A DNA stretch of 41,848 nucleotides from positions 1 through 41,848 of the forward strand of contig CAZVCM010000001.1 in the NCBI GenBank assembly GCA_964626105.1, read 5' to 3'. Made by a program: the position numbers and the translations under genes. Origin of the DNA: an uncultured Thermoflexus sp. (GTDB lineage Bacteria > Chloroflexota > Anaerolineae > Aggregatilineales > Aggregatilineaceae). The notes beneath the pieces were generated by a model that saw only the letters and a list, made by a program, of their open reading frames with translations, did no database searches and was not told where the DNA came from. Positions 13,555 to 23,098 of the stretch are shown here, one piece after another. The stretch's first letter is position 1. The number at the start of each line of letters is the position of its first letter.

Positions 13555-14388
13555 ATGAGCGAAACGCGGTCTGTCGAAACGAGTGCCGCCGATATTGAGA
13601 CGGCGATTGAGATTGGCCTTGCGCAATTGGATGTCGCGCGCGAGAGCGTGATCGTCGAAATTTTGGAAGAACCGAGCCGGGGCCTCCTTGGCCTGGGAGC
13701 GCGTCAGGCGCGTATTCGTCTCACCACGGCGGCCCCGCCGCGTTATCAGGCGCCGCCCGCGCCCGAAGCTCCGCCCGCGCCTGCGCCGCGTCCGGAACCC
13801 GAGCCGCGCGCTGAAGAGCAGCCCCGCCCCGCGCGCACGCGTCCGGTCACGGTGGAGCGCGTCGACGAGCCGGAAGAGGACGCCGAACAAGCCACGCCCA
13901 CACCCGAAGCTGAGTGGGACGAGGACGCGCGCGTAGGCCGCGCCACGCTGCAAGAGCTACTCGCCAAGATGCATATTCCGGCGGAAGTGGTCGTGTTCAG
14001 GGCCGAGCCTGCCGAAGGCGAGCAGGCGCCGTGGGTGCTGCAAGTTCGCGGTCGCGATCTTGGCGCGTTGATTGGGCGCCGGGGCGAGACGCTCGCTGCG
14101 CTGCAATACATCACGCGGTTGATCGCCAGCCGTGATTTGGAGCGCCGCGCGAATATCGTGCTCGACGTCGAGGGCTACAAGGCACGCCGCGAGAAGGTGC
14201 TACGCCGCCTCGCGCTGCGGCTCGCGGATCAGGCGCAAGAAAGCGGGCGCACTGTGTCGATGGAGCCGATGTCACCGTACGAGCGCCGCATCGTCCACCT
14301 GACGCTGCGCGATCACCCAGATGTCACGACCGAGAGCGTGGGCGAGGGGGAGCACCGCAAGGTCACGATCGTCCCGCGCCAGCGCTAA
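13555..14388 (+). CDS. jag: Jag/KhpB RNA-binding protein (Jag_N, KH and R3H domains)
   Basis: The N-terminal Jag_N block reads AIEIGLAQLDV..ESV.VEILEEPSRGLLGLG. The C-terminal R3H block reads MEPMSPYERRIVHLTLRDHPDVTTESVGEGEHRKVTI. The gene follows yidC. Confidence 0.85.
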   Translation: MSETRSVETSAADIETAIEIGLAQLDVARESVIVEILEEPSRGLLGLGARQARIRLTTAAPPRYQAPPAPEAPPAPAPRPEPEPRAEEQPRPARTRPVTVERVDEPEEDAEQATPTPEAEWDEDARVGRATLQELLAKMHIPAEVVVFRAEPAEGEQAPWVLQVRGRDLGALIGRRGETLAALQYITRLIASRDLERRANIVLDVEGYKARREKVLRRLALRLADQAQESGRTVSMEPMSPYERRIVHLTLRDHPDVTTESVGEGEHRKVTIVPRQR

Positions 14389-14410
14389 AGGGAACTAGCT
14401 CGCTGTCTTA

Positions 14411-14442
14411 TGCCGCGACCCACCGGGTGGCGGCATGTTGTT
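14411..14442 (+). terminator. Intrinsic terminator after jag
   Basis: TGCCGCGACCC (14411-14421) pairs with GGGTGGCGGCA (14425-14435), with one mismatch. TGTTGTT follows. Confidence 0.55.
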
Positions 14443-14535
14443 AGTCACTTATCTGATATTGAGCGGCCTGCACGTGCGCGCTGACTCTCTGGCTATGCGC
14501 GAGCAAATGGTTCGCCGACTCGAGCGAGATAACCG

Positions 14536-15402
14536 ATGCCCAAAGCCACCGAGATCGTCCCGGATTACCTGCTGATCGGTCACATCACGCACGACGTCAC
14601 GCCCTACGGGCCGCAGTTGGGGGGAACCGTCTCCTACGCAGCGCATACGGCGTCCGGCTTCGGGCTGAAGGTCGCGCTGCTGACCAGTTGCGCGCCGGAC
14701 GAACCGCTGTTGGAGCGGCTGCCCGAAGGGGTGATGGTCGTCAACATCCCCGCCGAGCATACGACCACGTTTGAGAACATCTACACGCCAGATGGACGCG
14801 TGCAGTATATGTATCACCGCGCGCGCACGCTCGAAGTCTCGATGCTGCCACCCGCGTGGCGTCGGGCGCGGCAGGTGCATTTCGGGCCGATCGCCTACGA
14901 AGTCGAGCCGGCCTTCGCGGACCTCTTCGCGCAGACGCCGCTGTGCGTCACGCCGCAGGGCTGGATGCGTCACCGCGAGCCGGATGGCCGCGTGCGCCAG
15001 GTGCATTGGGACGCCGCCGAGCATGTGCTGCCGCGCGCCGATCTGACCGTCCTCAGCGTTGAGGACATCCGCCACGATCCAGGGCTGGAAGCGGTGTTCG
15101 CCAAGCTGGCGCCGGTGATGGTCATGACGCGCGCTGAGCAAGGCGGGACCGTCTACATTCAGGGCGAGCCGCACACCTACGACGCGTATCCGGCGGAGCA
15201 GGTCGATCCAACCGGCGCGGGAGATGTCTTCGCGACGGCGCTGCACATCGTCCGCCACCAGCTTGGCGATCTGTGGCGCGCGCTGGATGTCGCGGCGCGG
15301 CTGGCGGCGAACTCGGTCACGCGGCGCGGGTTCACCGGCGCGCCGACGCCCGACGAGGTTGCGCAGGCGCTCAACGCCGTCAGCGCCCCACCTAAACGCT
15401 AA
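14536..15402 (+). CDS. PfkB-family carbohydrate/nucleoside kinase
   Basis: 288 aa with a ribokinase-like fold signature. It has the C-terminal anion-hole motif DPTGAGDVFATAL and an N-terminal GG dipeptide region (QLGGTVSY). Confidence 0.75.
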   Translation: MPKATEIVPDYLLIGHITHDVTPYGPQLGGTVSYAAHTASGFGLKVALLTSCAPDEPLLERLPEGVMVVNIPAEHTTTFENIYTPDGRVQYMYHRARTLEVSMLPPAWRRARQVHFGPIAYEVEPAFADLFAQTPLCVTPQGWMRHREPDGRVRQVHWDAAEHVLPRADLTVLSVEDIRHDPGLEAVFAKLAPVMVMTRAEQGGTVYIQGEPHTYDAYPAEQVDPTGAGDVFATALHIVRHQLGDLWRALDVAARLAANSVTRRGFTGAPTPDEVAQALNAVSAPPKR

Positions 15403-15446
15403 CGCCCTACTTCTCGCTCAGGTTATCCGGTGATGGAGCGATCCCG

Positions 15447-17057
15447 ATGATCGAGCGCATCCTCTACAACGCCCAGATTGTCACGCTGAACCCGGCGCAG
15501 CCGCGCGCCACGGCGCTCGCGATAGGCGGCGGGCGGATTCTCGCAGTGGGTGACGACGACACGATCCGCGCGCTGGCGGGCGCGGACACCGTTCTCGAAG
15601 ATGTCGAAGGCCGCCCGATCATCCCTGGCCTGACCGATGCACACATTCACTGGGAAGGCGTCGCGCACAGTCTCGCGCATGTGGACGTGTTCGAAGTGCC
15701 CAGCAAGGACGAGGCGTTGCGCCGTGTCGCGGAGCGCGCGCAGCGCACGCCGCCCGGCGAGTGGATCGTGGGGCAGGGCTGGTCGCAGGCGTACTGGGCG
15801 GACTCGTCCTTTCCGACCGCCGCTGATCTCGACACGGTCGCGCCGCACCACCCGGTTTATCTCTCCGCGAAAAGTGGGCACGCCGCCTGGGTGAACTCGG
15901 CGGCATTGCGCGCGGCGGGCCTGACAGCGAACACACCCGATCCCCCCGGCGCCAGCTTGCACCGTGACGCGTCCGGGCGGCTGACGGGGCTGCTGCTCGA
16001 AGCGCCCGCGATGGTCCTGGTCGAGCGCAAGATCCCCCCGATGACGCCAGAGCAAACGGCTGACCTCATGGCCGAGGCGCAGCGGAAAGCGTGGGCGGCA
16101 GGGCTGACCGGCATCCACGATTTCGATGATCCGAGCTGCCTGATCGCCCTGCAACTGCTCCGCGAGCGGGGCGAGCTAGGGCTGCGCGTGGTGAAGAATA
16201 TCAACGATCCGTACATCGAGCACGCGCACGCGCTTGGCATCCGCTGGGGTTTCGGCGACGAGTGGCTGCGGATCGGCGGGCTGAAGATCTTCGCGGATGG
16301 GGCGCTTGGCCCGCGCACGGCAGCGATGATCGCGCCGTATGAGGGCGAGCCGGACAACACCGGCATCGTCGTCACGGACAAAGAGCAGATGTACGAATGG
16401 GTGAGCCGGGCGAGCGCGGCGGGCCTGCCATCGACCATTCACGCCATCGGTGACCGTGCGGTGCATGACGTGCTCGACGTGTACGAAGCGGTCCGCCAGG
16501 AAGAGGCCGCGCGCGGAATCCCACCGCAGGCGCGCCGCCACCGGATCGAACACGTCCAACTGGTGCATCCCGACGACGTGGGCCGCCTGGGTGAGCTACA
16601 AATCATCGCGTCGATGCAGCCGATCCACGCTACGTCCGACTGGGAGATGGCCGATCGCTATTGGGGCGCGCGCGCGCGCCTGGGCTATAACGCGCGGCTC
16701 CAGCAAGAGGCGGGCGCGGTGCTCGCGTTTGGCTCAGATGCGCCGGTCGAGCCGTTCGATCCGCTGATGGGCATCTACGCGGCTGTGACGCGCCGCCGCC
16801 CGGATGGATCGCCGGGGCCGGATGGCTGGTATCCGGAGCAGCGCCTGGACGTGGACACGACGCTGCGCGCGTACACACAGGGGCCGGCGTACGCGGCGGG
16901 GTTGGAGCGCGCCCTCGGGATGCTGGCGCCGGGGTTCCTGGCCGATCTGGTGATGCTCGACCGCGATCTGTTCGCGCTTCCGCCGGACGAACTCCTGACG
17001 GTACGCGTGCTCGGCACGATGGTCGGCGGGGTGTGGCGCTGGCGCGCGAGCGACTAG
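15447..17057 (+). CDS. Amidohydrolase-family metal-dependent hydrolase (Amidohydro_3 / YtcJ-like)
   Basis: 536 aa. Motifs seen are GLTDAHIHW (HxH metal site), HAIGDRAV, RIEHVQL and FGSDAPVEP. Confidence 0.8.
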   Translation: MIERILYNAQIVTLNPAQPRATALAIGGGRILAVGDDDTIRALAGADTVLEDVEGRPIIPGLTDAHIHWEGVAHSLAHVDVFEVPSKDEALRRVAERAQRTPPGEWIVGQGWSQAYWADSSFPTAADLDTVAPHHPVYLSAKSGHAAWVNSAALRAAGLTANTPDPPGASLHRDASGRLTGLLLEAPAMVLVERKIPPMTPEQTADLMAEAQRKAWAAGLTGIHDFDDPSCLIALQLLRERGELGLRVVKNINDPYIEHAHALGIRWGFGDEWLRIGGLKIFADGALGPRTAAMIAPYEGEPDNTGIVVTDKEQMYEWVSRASAAGLPSTIHAIGDRAVHDVLDVYEAVRQEEAARGIPPQARRHRIEHVQLVHPDDVGRLGELQIIASMQPIHATSDWEMADRYWGARARLGYNARLQQEAGAVLAFGSDAPVEPFDPLMGIYAAVTRRRPDGSPGPDGWYPEQRLDVDTTLRAYTQGPAYAAGLERALGMLAPGFLADLVMLDRDLFALPPDELLTVRVLGTMVGGVWRWRASD

Positions 17058-17080
17058 CGGTGAGTAGGATGATGGCCGGT

Positions 17081-17110
17081 GTAGGGGCGCAGCTTGCTGC
17101 GCCCGTTTAC
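17081..17110 (+). repeat. GC-rich hairpin repeat / terminator between convergent genes
   Basis: The sequence gtaggggcgcagcttgctgcgcccgtttac contains the stem GGGCGCAG/CTGCGCCC. It is nearly identical to 3556-3582, and a diverged copy lies at 20941-20973. Confidence 0.5.
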
Positions 17111-17145
17111 TTGAGGGATGACAGCGGGCGGGGCTTACTACATCC

Positions 17146-18162
17146 CTACTTCAACTGAATATCCAGCCATGTAGTTTTGCCCGGCTCGACGATTGCGGTG
17201 CCGCGCCAGCGGATTGTCCCGCCCACTTTCACCGAGACGTCATACTCCCCATCCGGCAGGTCACCGCGCGCGTAATGCTCGCCAAAGATCGGATCCGGAT
17301 TGACCGAGGTGTCCGCATAGCTGAACGTGTTGCGCACCGGACCGGAGCGATCCTTCATCTGAAACTCGATCATCGCCTCGTACACGCGCGCGCCGCTCGC
17401 GTCGACCAGCCGCCCGGCGATGGTGCCGTAGGTCGGCCAGGGGCGGATCCACAGTTCTGGATTGACCGTGCTGCCATAGTCGGTCGGATCGCCAACGCGG
17501 ATTTCGAGGTGCAGGTGCGCGCCAAGCGCCACACCGGTCCCGCCAACCCACGCGATCCGCTCGCCCTGCTCGACGCGCTGCCCCGTTTCCACGCCGACCT
17601 TGAGCAGATGCCCATAGAGCGAATAGACGCCCCGCCCATCGGCCAGCACCACGTCATGCTCGATCACCACGACATTGCCGTAGAAGTCTGGCTGCGGGCC
17701 GAGCACCTTCGTAACATCTTCCCCGGCGTAGAAGACCGTTCCGCTGCCGATCGCCAGGACCGGCGTGCCCTGTGGGTTCTGGATATCGATGCCGTGATGG
17801 GTCGCCAGCCCGCCATAATTGGTCGAGCCATAGGGGTAGGTGCGCGCCGCGAAATCGTGGATGATATTGTCCGGATCGCGTGGGAAGGGCCGCCCGAAGA
17901 CGTAGTGATCGACCACCTTGCGCGGGGTGTCGAGGTGCGGCGTCGGGCTGGCGACCGGGGTTGGCGCTGGGGTATACGTCGGGCGCGGCGTGTTGGTGGG
18001 CGGAATGGTGAATGTGGGCGCTGGCGCGTTGCCCTGGCGCGGCGGTGTGGCCTCGGCCTGCCGGACCGCGCCGGTCCACAACATAATGAGCGCTGCCAGC
18101 CCGGCCAGCAGCGCGAGAAGCCGAGCACTCCGGTTGATCACAGCGCCCAATCCCCCACCCAT
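17146..18162 (-). CDS. M23-family metallopeptidase with a C-terminal carboxypeptidase-regulatory-like beta domain
   Basis: M23 motifs are HHGIDI, YGHL and GGTGVALGAHLHLEIRV. The C-terminus reads GTIAGRLVDASG...DGEYDVSV. ATG 18162 gives a signal-anchor RLLALLAGLAALIMLW. The longer ORF-track start at 18279 would overlap the upstream gene. Confidence 0.85.
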   Translation of the reverse strand: MGGGLGAVINRSARLLALLAGLAALIMLWTGAVRQAEATPPRQGNAPAPTFTIPPTNTPRPTYTPAPTPVASPTPHLDTPRKVVDHYVFGRPFPRDPDNIIHDFAARTYPYGSTNYGGLATHHGIDIQNPQGTPVLAIGSGTVFYAGEDVTKVLGPQPDFYGNVVVIEHDVVLADGRGVYSLYGHLLKVGVETGQRVEQGERIAWVGGTGVALGAHLHLEIRVGDPTDYGSTVNPELWIRPWPTYGTIAGRLVDASGARVYEAMIEFQMKDRSGPVRNTFSYADTSVNPDPIFGEHYARGDLPDGEYDVSVKVGGTIRWRGTAIVEPGKTTWLDIQLK

Positions 18163-18172
18163 TCCCAGTCGA

Positions 18173-19777
18173 TCACGACGCAATGCCCGCGCGCTCCTCA
18201 GCGATGCTGATTGCCGAATCGCGCAGGGTTCGCGCTTGCTTGAGCAACGCGGTGACGTCGTCCTGATAGCGGGTCGCAAGCGCTCGATCCTCGAAGCTGG
18301 CCGCGTTGACGCGTACGTTCAATCCCGCGCCTTCGACTGCTGCCAGGCCCATCAGCGTGGCGACCGCTGCGTCGCTGGCGGCGGTGTGATTCCCCAGGCG
18401 GGCGACCTGCTCCGCCAGTTGCATCGCCTCGACCGCCATGCGCGCCACGTTGAGCGGCACGTCCGCCGCGCCGATCATCGCGGTCTGGATCGCTGCTGGG
18501 CGCGCGGGGTCATCTTTGTCGATCCGGTACGCCGCCATCACCGCGTCGAACGCTGCAATGTCCTCGTCGATGGCCGCCATCAAGCGCGCGCGCAGGTCCG
18601 AAGCTGCCGCCGCGACCGCGTTCATCGTTTGCTCGACCTCGGCGTAACGCTTCTTTCCGGCGGTGAGCCGCGCGACCATTTCGGCCAGGGCCGCGCTCAA
18701 CGACCCGGACAGCGCCGCGACTGCGCCGCCGCCAGGGGTCGCGGAGCCTTCTGCGACCGCGTCAACGAAGCGCGCTGGCGTGATCGATTCTGGTTCGACT
18801 GCCGGGACGTGTCGCGTCGCTTCTTCGGGAATTGGCGGCTCTTCCTCGTCCAGCGGCGAAGGCTCGGCCTCAGCGCGCTGCACGCGCACCTCTAGAATCT
18901 GGTCCGGATCGAAGCCGTCCAGTTGCAGATACCACTGCGCTGCGTCCACGAAGAACGCCTGCGGTGCGAGGCCGACCAGCTCGCTTGCGGTCACGGTCGC
19001 GCCATAGCGCGCGGCCTCGCGACGGATTATCTCGATGACGCGGGCGACCGGTGTCTTATTGAAGTCTGTCAGGTTCATCGAGACCTGCGCCTGCCCCTCG
19101 ACCAGGAAGCCCGCCGCCTTGACGTAGCGCAGGCCGCCACTGGAGTTGCGCACCGCGCGCGCGATCTTGCTCGCGATCTCGACGTTGTCTGTGTTCAGAT
19201 AGACGTTGAACGCGACCAACGCCGGACGCGCGCCGATCACCGTCGCGCCAGCCGGGCCGAGCATTGCGGGGCCATAGTCCGGCACGCGCTCGGGATCGGT
19301 CTCGATGACGTCGCGAAGCTGCTCATACTGGAACTTGCTGGACCGCAGCTTGGCGAGGTCCTGGCGGCTCGGCTGGGTAGCAGCGGATTCGTAGAGATAG
19401 ACCGGGATACCCAGTTCGTCGCCGACACGCTGCCCTAGCCGTTGCGCGATCGCGACGCATTCGTCCATCGTCACATCGCGGATCGGCACGAATGGCACGA
19501 CATCAGCGGCACCCAGGCGGGGATGCTCGCCGGTATGCTCGTTCAGGTCGATCAACTGGGCGGCGGTCTGAATTCCGGCGAACGCGGCGCGCTCTACCGC
19601 TGCGATATCCCCGACGAACGTGACGACAGTGCGGTTGTGGTCGGCGTCGCTGCTGGAGTCGAGCACGTGGATCGGCGCGGCCTGTTGCATGGCGCGGACG
19701 ATAGCCTCAATGACATCGGGCCGGCGGCCTTCGCTAAAGTTCGGGATGCACTCCACGAGAGGTCGTTTGGCTGCCAT
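18173..19777 (-). CDS. ftcD: Bifunctional glutamate formimidoyltransferase / formimidoyltetrahydrofolate cyclodeaminase
   Basis: The N-terminus LVECIPNFSEGRR is the formiminotransferase signature. An acidic/proline linker follows. The C-terminal GSATPGGGAVAALSGSLSAALAEMVARLT is the cyclodeaminase signature. Confidence 0.8.
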   Translation of the reverse strand: MAAKRPLVECIPNFSEGRRPDVIEAIVRAMQQAAPIHVLDSSSDADHNRTVVTFVGDIAAVERAAFAGIQTAAQLIDLNEHTGEHPRLGAADVVPFVPIRDVTMDECVAIAQRLGQRVGDELGIPVYLYESAATQPSRQDLAKLRSSKFQYEQLRDVIETDPERVPDYGPAMLGPAGATVIGARPALVAFNVYLNTDNVEIASKIARAVRNSSGGLRYVKAAGFLVEGQAQVSMNLTDFNKTPVARVIEIIRREAARYGATVTASELVGLAPQAFFVDAAQWYLQLDGFDPDQILEVRVQRAEAEPSPLDEEEPPIPEEATRHVPAVEPESITPARFVDAVAEGSATPGGGAVAALSGSLSAALAEMVARLTAGKKRYAEVEQTMNAVAAAASDLRARLMAAIDEDIAAFDAVMAAYRIDKDDPARPAAIQTAMIGAADVPLNVARMAVEAMQLAEQVARLGNHTAASDAAVATLMGLAAVEGAGLNVRVNAASFEDRALATRYQDDVTALLKQARTLRDSAISIAEERAGIAS

Positions 19778-20013
19778 ACGGTGTCGCGCGGCGCGCTTGT
19801 GACGCGCCGATCGCGCTGCCCCTTTCTTTTAGTGAGCGGATAGCAGTTAGCGGTTAGCAGTTGCTCTTGGTTCTGCTAGTGGCGAACTGCTTAACTGCTA
19901 CCGCACCGGCAGGGCTTTGTCAAATCGAACCAGCGTCACAGCTTGCGCGCGCCACGCAGCGGGCTACGATTGTGCCAGTGCCGGATGCTCGTGTTCGAAA
20001 CGGAGAGGCGACG

Positions 20014-20913
20014 ATGGAACTTTCGCAGTTGCGCGGCGTGATTCCCCCACTGGCGACGCCGCTGCATGATGATGGCTCGTTGAACGTGGGCGCGATCCCG
20101 GCGCTGGTGGAGCACGTGCTGGCGGCAGGTGTGCACGGCGTGTTCGCGACCGGCAGCCAGGGCGAGGCGTTTGCGCTGTCCGCCGACGAGCGGCGGCGGG
20201 TGCTCGACGCGGTGCTGGCGGCGGTCAATGGGCGCGTGCCGGTCATGGCCGGGACCGGCGCCATCACCACGCGGGATGCGGTCGCGCTCTCGCAGACGGC
20301 GGAAGCGGCTGGCGCCGACTGCCTCTCGGTGATCACGCCCTATTTCGTGACGCCCACACAAGACGAGCTATACGCGCACTATGCCGAGGTTGCCAGCGCG
20401 GTAACGGTCCCGGTGCTGGCGTATTCTAACCCTGGACGGACGGGCGGCGTGCGCCTCGCGCCGGAGACGCTCGCGCGGCTGGCGGCGGACTTCCCGAATA
20501 TCGTCGGGGTGAAAGACTCGAGCGGCGATCTGGCGGAAACGTCCATGCTGATCCGCGCCTGCCCGCCGGAGTTCCGTGTGTTTGTCGGGCGCGATTCGCT
20601 GCTCTATGGCGGTTTGTGCTACGGCGCGGTCGGAACCGTCGCGCTCACCGCGAACCTGATCCCGGACCTGCTGGTCGGCGTTTACGAGGCGTTTTGCGCG
20701 GGCGACCACACGCAAGCGCGGGCGCTGCAAGAGCGCGTCACGCTGCTGCGCGAGTCGATGGCAGGCGTCGGTTCATATCCCGCGCCGGTCAAAGCCGGGC
20801 TGGACTTGCTCGGCGTGCCGGTTGGGCCGCCGCGCCGCCCGATCCGCCCGCTGAATGACGCGCAGCTTGAGCGATTGCGCGCCCTGCTGCGCGCGGTCGG
20901 TAAGGACGTTTGA
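20014..20913 (+). CDS. DapA/NAL-family class I aldolase (4-hydroxy-tetrahydrodipicolinate synthase-like lyase)
   Basis: Motifs seen are GVIPPLATPL, GVFATGSQGEAFALSADER, AYSNPGRTG and VGVKDSSGD (Schiff-base Lys region). ATG 20014 follows GGAGAGG. The ORF-track start at 19861 is non-homologous upstream read-through. Confidence 0.8.
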   Translation: MELSQLRGVIPPLATPLHDDGSLNVGAIPALVEHVLAAGVHGVFATGSQGEAFALSADERRRVLDAVLAAVNGRVPVMAGTGAITTRDAVALSQTAEAAGADCLSVITPYFVTPTQDELYAHYAEVASAVTVPVLAYSNPGRTGGVRLAPETLARLAADFPNIVGVKDSSGDLAETSMLIRACPPEFRVFVGRDSLLYGGLCYGAVGTVALTANLIPDLLVGVYEAFCAGDHTQARALQERVTLLRESMAGVGSYPAPVKAGLDLLGVPVGPPRRPIRPLNDAQLERLRALLRAVGKDV

Positions 20914-20940
20914 CAGGGAATCGGGAATCGAGAGTAGAGA

Positions 20941-20973
20941 GTAGGGGCGGCGCTTGCTCCGCTCGTTGTTGTC
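20941..20973 (+). repeat. Diverged copy of the GC-rich hairpin repeat
   Basis: The sequence gtaggggcggcgcttgctccgctcgttgttgtc aligns to the 3556 and 17081 copies with several substitutions. It lies between convergent genes. Confidence 0.3.
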
Positions 20974-21021
20974 TCCAATAAATCTGGTTTCTGTGACGTT
21001 TCTTAGCTGCCACTCGCCTGC

Positions 21022-22323
21022 TCAAACGCTTATCGCTGCCACGCGCCGCGCCTCGCGCGCGGTGATCCACGCGGTCCACGGCAGGCAGAACGCGATCAAC
21101 CCGGTCGCCAGCCAGAAGATACCGCTCAGGTCGATGACTGGCAGCAACGCGTACGCCAGCAATGGGCCCGCCGCGCTGCCGATGTCGCCTACTGTGTTGA
21201 TCGCGCCCAGGACGCGCCCCTGCTGGCCATGCGGCGCATAATCGCCCGCCAGCGTGATCACCTGCGTTTGCAGGATACTGGTCGCCACCGCGCCGAGCAT
21301 GGTCGCCAGCACGATCACCGCGCCATAGCCAATCGCCGTCAGCGCCAGCGCGATCGTTCCCACCGCCAGCGCGCCGACCGCCAGCAGCCAGCGGTTGCCG
21401 GTCCGGTCCGAGATCCAGCCGGATAGTGGCGAGGCGATCAGGCCGAGCACCTGGTTGGCGGCGGACAGCCCGCCGGTGAACGACGCGAGCGGGATCACCA
21501 GCCCGAGCAGCAGAATCGTTTCCCCGATGCGCTGTTCGAGCAGTAAGGGCAGCGTCGCGCCCAGAAAGCCGATGAAAATCAGCCAGTTGACGCCGAGCAG
21601 GGCGACTGCGGTCCCGAGCGGGAGCAGGGCCGCGCGCCACGTGCCCGCTGACCCTGTCGGGTGCGCTGGCGCAGCCGGGTGATCGCCTGCATGCGTGCTG
21701 GAGCGGGTGGGGCGGGTCTCGGGCAGAAGCAGCAGCCACATCGCCACTGCGCCGAACGTGATCAGCGAGCAGATGCGCAGCGCCGGGCTGTAGCCAAGCC
21801 AGTCGGTCAGCACGCCGCCGACCAGCGCGGACCCGCCGGAGCCGATGAAGAACCACATCTGCAAGCGCCCGATATATGTGCCGCGCCGCTCGGCAGGCGC
21901 GAGATCCAGCACCATCGTGTTCGCGCCGAGCCAGACGCCCGCCCAGGCCGTGCCCCACAGCAAGCGCCCGATCAGTAGCGTCCAGAAGCCGGGAATCGTG
22001 TACAGCAGCGACGACATCGCGCCGATAAAGAGCGCCGGAATCACGATGCGGCGGCGTGGCATTCGCTCAATCAGCACGCCAATCGGGCCGTTGAGCGCGA
22101 TGCGGATCAGGCGGTTGGCGGACAGCATCAGCCCGACATCGGATAGCGCGATCCCGGCGGCGCTGGTGTGCGTCGGCAGGACGACGTAGAGCGTCAGGTC
22201 GCCGAGCAGCGAGATCGCGACGCCCAGCCCGATCAGAGTCAGCGCGCGGTTGTGCGTAAAGCTCTGCCGGTCCTGGCCCCGCGCGCGGCTAATCATGGAA
22301 CGCTTCGCGCACCGGCTGCCCAT
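21022..22323 (-). CDS. MFS transporter
   Basis: About 12 hydrophobic segments. MFS loop motif-like RMPRRRIV and GRLLWG are present. An alternative start at ATG 22296 overlaps the upstream stop by 8 nt. Confidence 0.8.
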   Translation of the reverse strand: MGSRCAKRSMISRARGQDRQSFTHNRALTLIGLGVAISLLGDLTLYVVLPTHTSAAGIALSDVGLMLSANRLIRIALNGPIGVLIERMPRRRIVIPALFIGAMSSLLYTIPGFWTLLIGRLLWGTAWAGVWLGANTMVLDLAPAERRGTYIGRLQMWFFIGSGGSALVGGVLTDWLGYSPALRICSLITFGAVAMWLLLLPETRPTRSSTHAGDHPAAPAHPTGSAGTWRAALLPLGTAVALLGVNWLIFIGFLGATLPLLLEQRIGETILLLGLVIPLASFTGGLSAANQVLGLIASPLSGWISDRTGNRWLLAVGALAVGTIALALTAIGYGAVIVLATMLGAVATSILQTQVITLAGDYAPHGQQGRVLGAINTVGDIGSAAGPLLAYALLPVIDLSGIFWLATGLIAFCLPWTAWITAREARRVAAISV

Positions 22324-23098
22324 CCCACTCGGCGGGTGGCGTCAGGTCGAGGACGCGCGCGATTGTCGTGGCGGTGTCGGCCAGGTGAACCGGTCCTTGC
22401 AGGGCGTGCCCGCGCTTGATCGCTGGGCCGCAGATAATCCACGGGATGATCGTATCTTCCGGCGCGTCGCCATAATGCGTGCGCCCGTTTCCGCCGTGAT
22501 CGGCCAGCAGCAGGAAGGTCGTGCGTTCGCGCAGGCGGGCCGCTTCCAGCCGATCCAGCAAGACGCCGAGCGCGCGATCCATCGCCTCGATCGCGTCGAG
22601 ATAGGGGCGGGACATCCAACCCGCCTCGTGCCCGGCGATGTCGCTTTGCTGCATGTAGAGGAACGTGAGGTCGGGACGCTCTTGCACGATGGTTTCCGCC
22701 GCCGCTGCCGCCAGGATCGCGTCGACATTTTCGCCGGGGCGGGCCGCTCGCAACAGGCTGATCTCCAGGCTGCCCGGCGCGGCGAGGTCGCGTAGCTCTT
22801 CCCAACTGTAAAACATTGCCGTGTGCAACCCGGCAGCGTGCGCTGCATCCAAAATACTAGGGTACGCGCTGGCGGTAGGGTTGAACGTGTTCTCAACCAC
22901 GCCATGTTTGGCGGGCGCGACGCTGCGAAACATCGTGTTGTGTGTGGGGAGCGTGTAACTCGGCGTGACCGACTGCGCGCGCCAGGTGTAGGCGCCGCGC
23001 TGCCAGAGGGAGTCGGCGTGCGGCGTGCGCGCCTGCGCCAGACCGTCCGGGCGACAGCCATCAAAGACGATCAGAACGACGGGTGATTTGGGTGACAT
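22289..23098 (-). CDS. Alkaline-phosphatase-superfamily nucleotide pyrophosphatase/phosphodiesterase (NPP family)
   Basis: Motifs seen are VVLIVFDGCRPD, PSYTLPTH (nucleophile Thr region), SDIAGHEAG and LLADHGG. The start is taken at ATG 23098 (MSPKSP); the ORF opens at 23149. Confidence 0.75.
   Translation of the reverse strand: MSPKSPVVLIVFDGCRPDGLAQARTPHADSLWQRGAYTWRAQSVTPSYTLPTHNTMFRSVAPAKHGVVENTFNPTASAYPSILDAAHAAGLHTAMFYSWEELRDLAAPGSLEISLLRAARPGENVDAILAAAAAETIVQERPDLTFLYMQQSDIAGHEAGWMSRPYLDAIEAMDRALGVLLDRLEAARLRERTTFLLLADHGGNGRTHYGDAPEDTIIPWIICGPAIKRGHALQGPVHLADTATTIARVLDLTPPAEWDGQPVREAFHD

Noticed and set aside
14449-15258. 269-aa minus-strand ORF opposite the PfkB kinase gene
   Set aside because: It is an Arg-rich antisense shadow ORF. 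The + strand frame carries the PfkB DPTGAGD motif.
3556-20973. A CRISPR array formed by the repeated GC-rich hairpins
   Set aside because: The copies are kilobases apart, each sits in a different intergenic region, and there are no regularly spaced spacers.
20789-21958. 389-aa minus-strand ORF in an alternative frame of the MFS transporter gene
   Set aside because: It is an off-frame product rich in Arg/Ala/Gly. The 21022-22323 frame gives the hydrophobic multi-helix pattern expected of a transporter.
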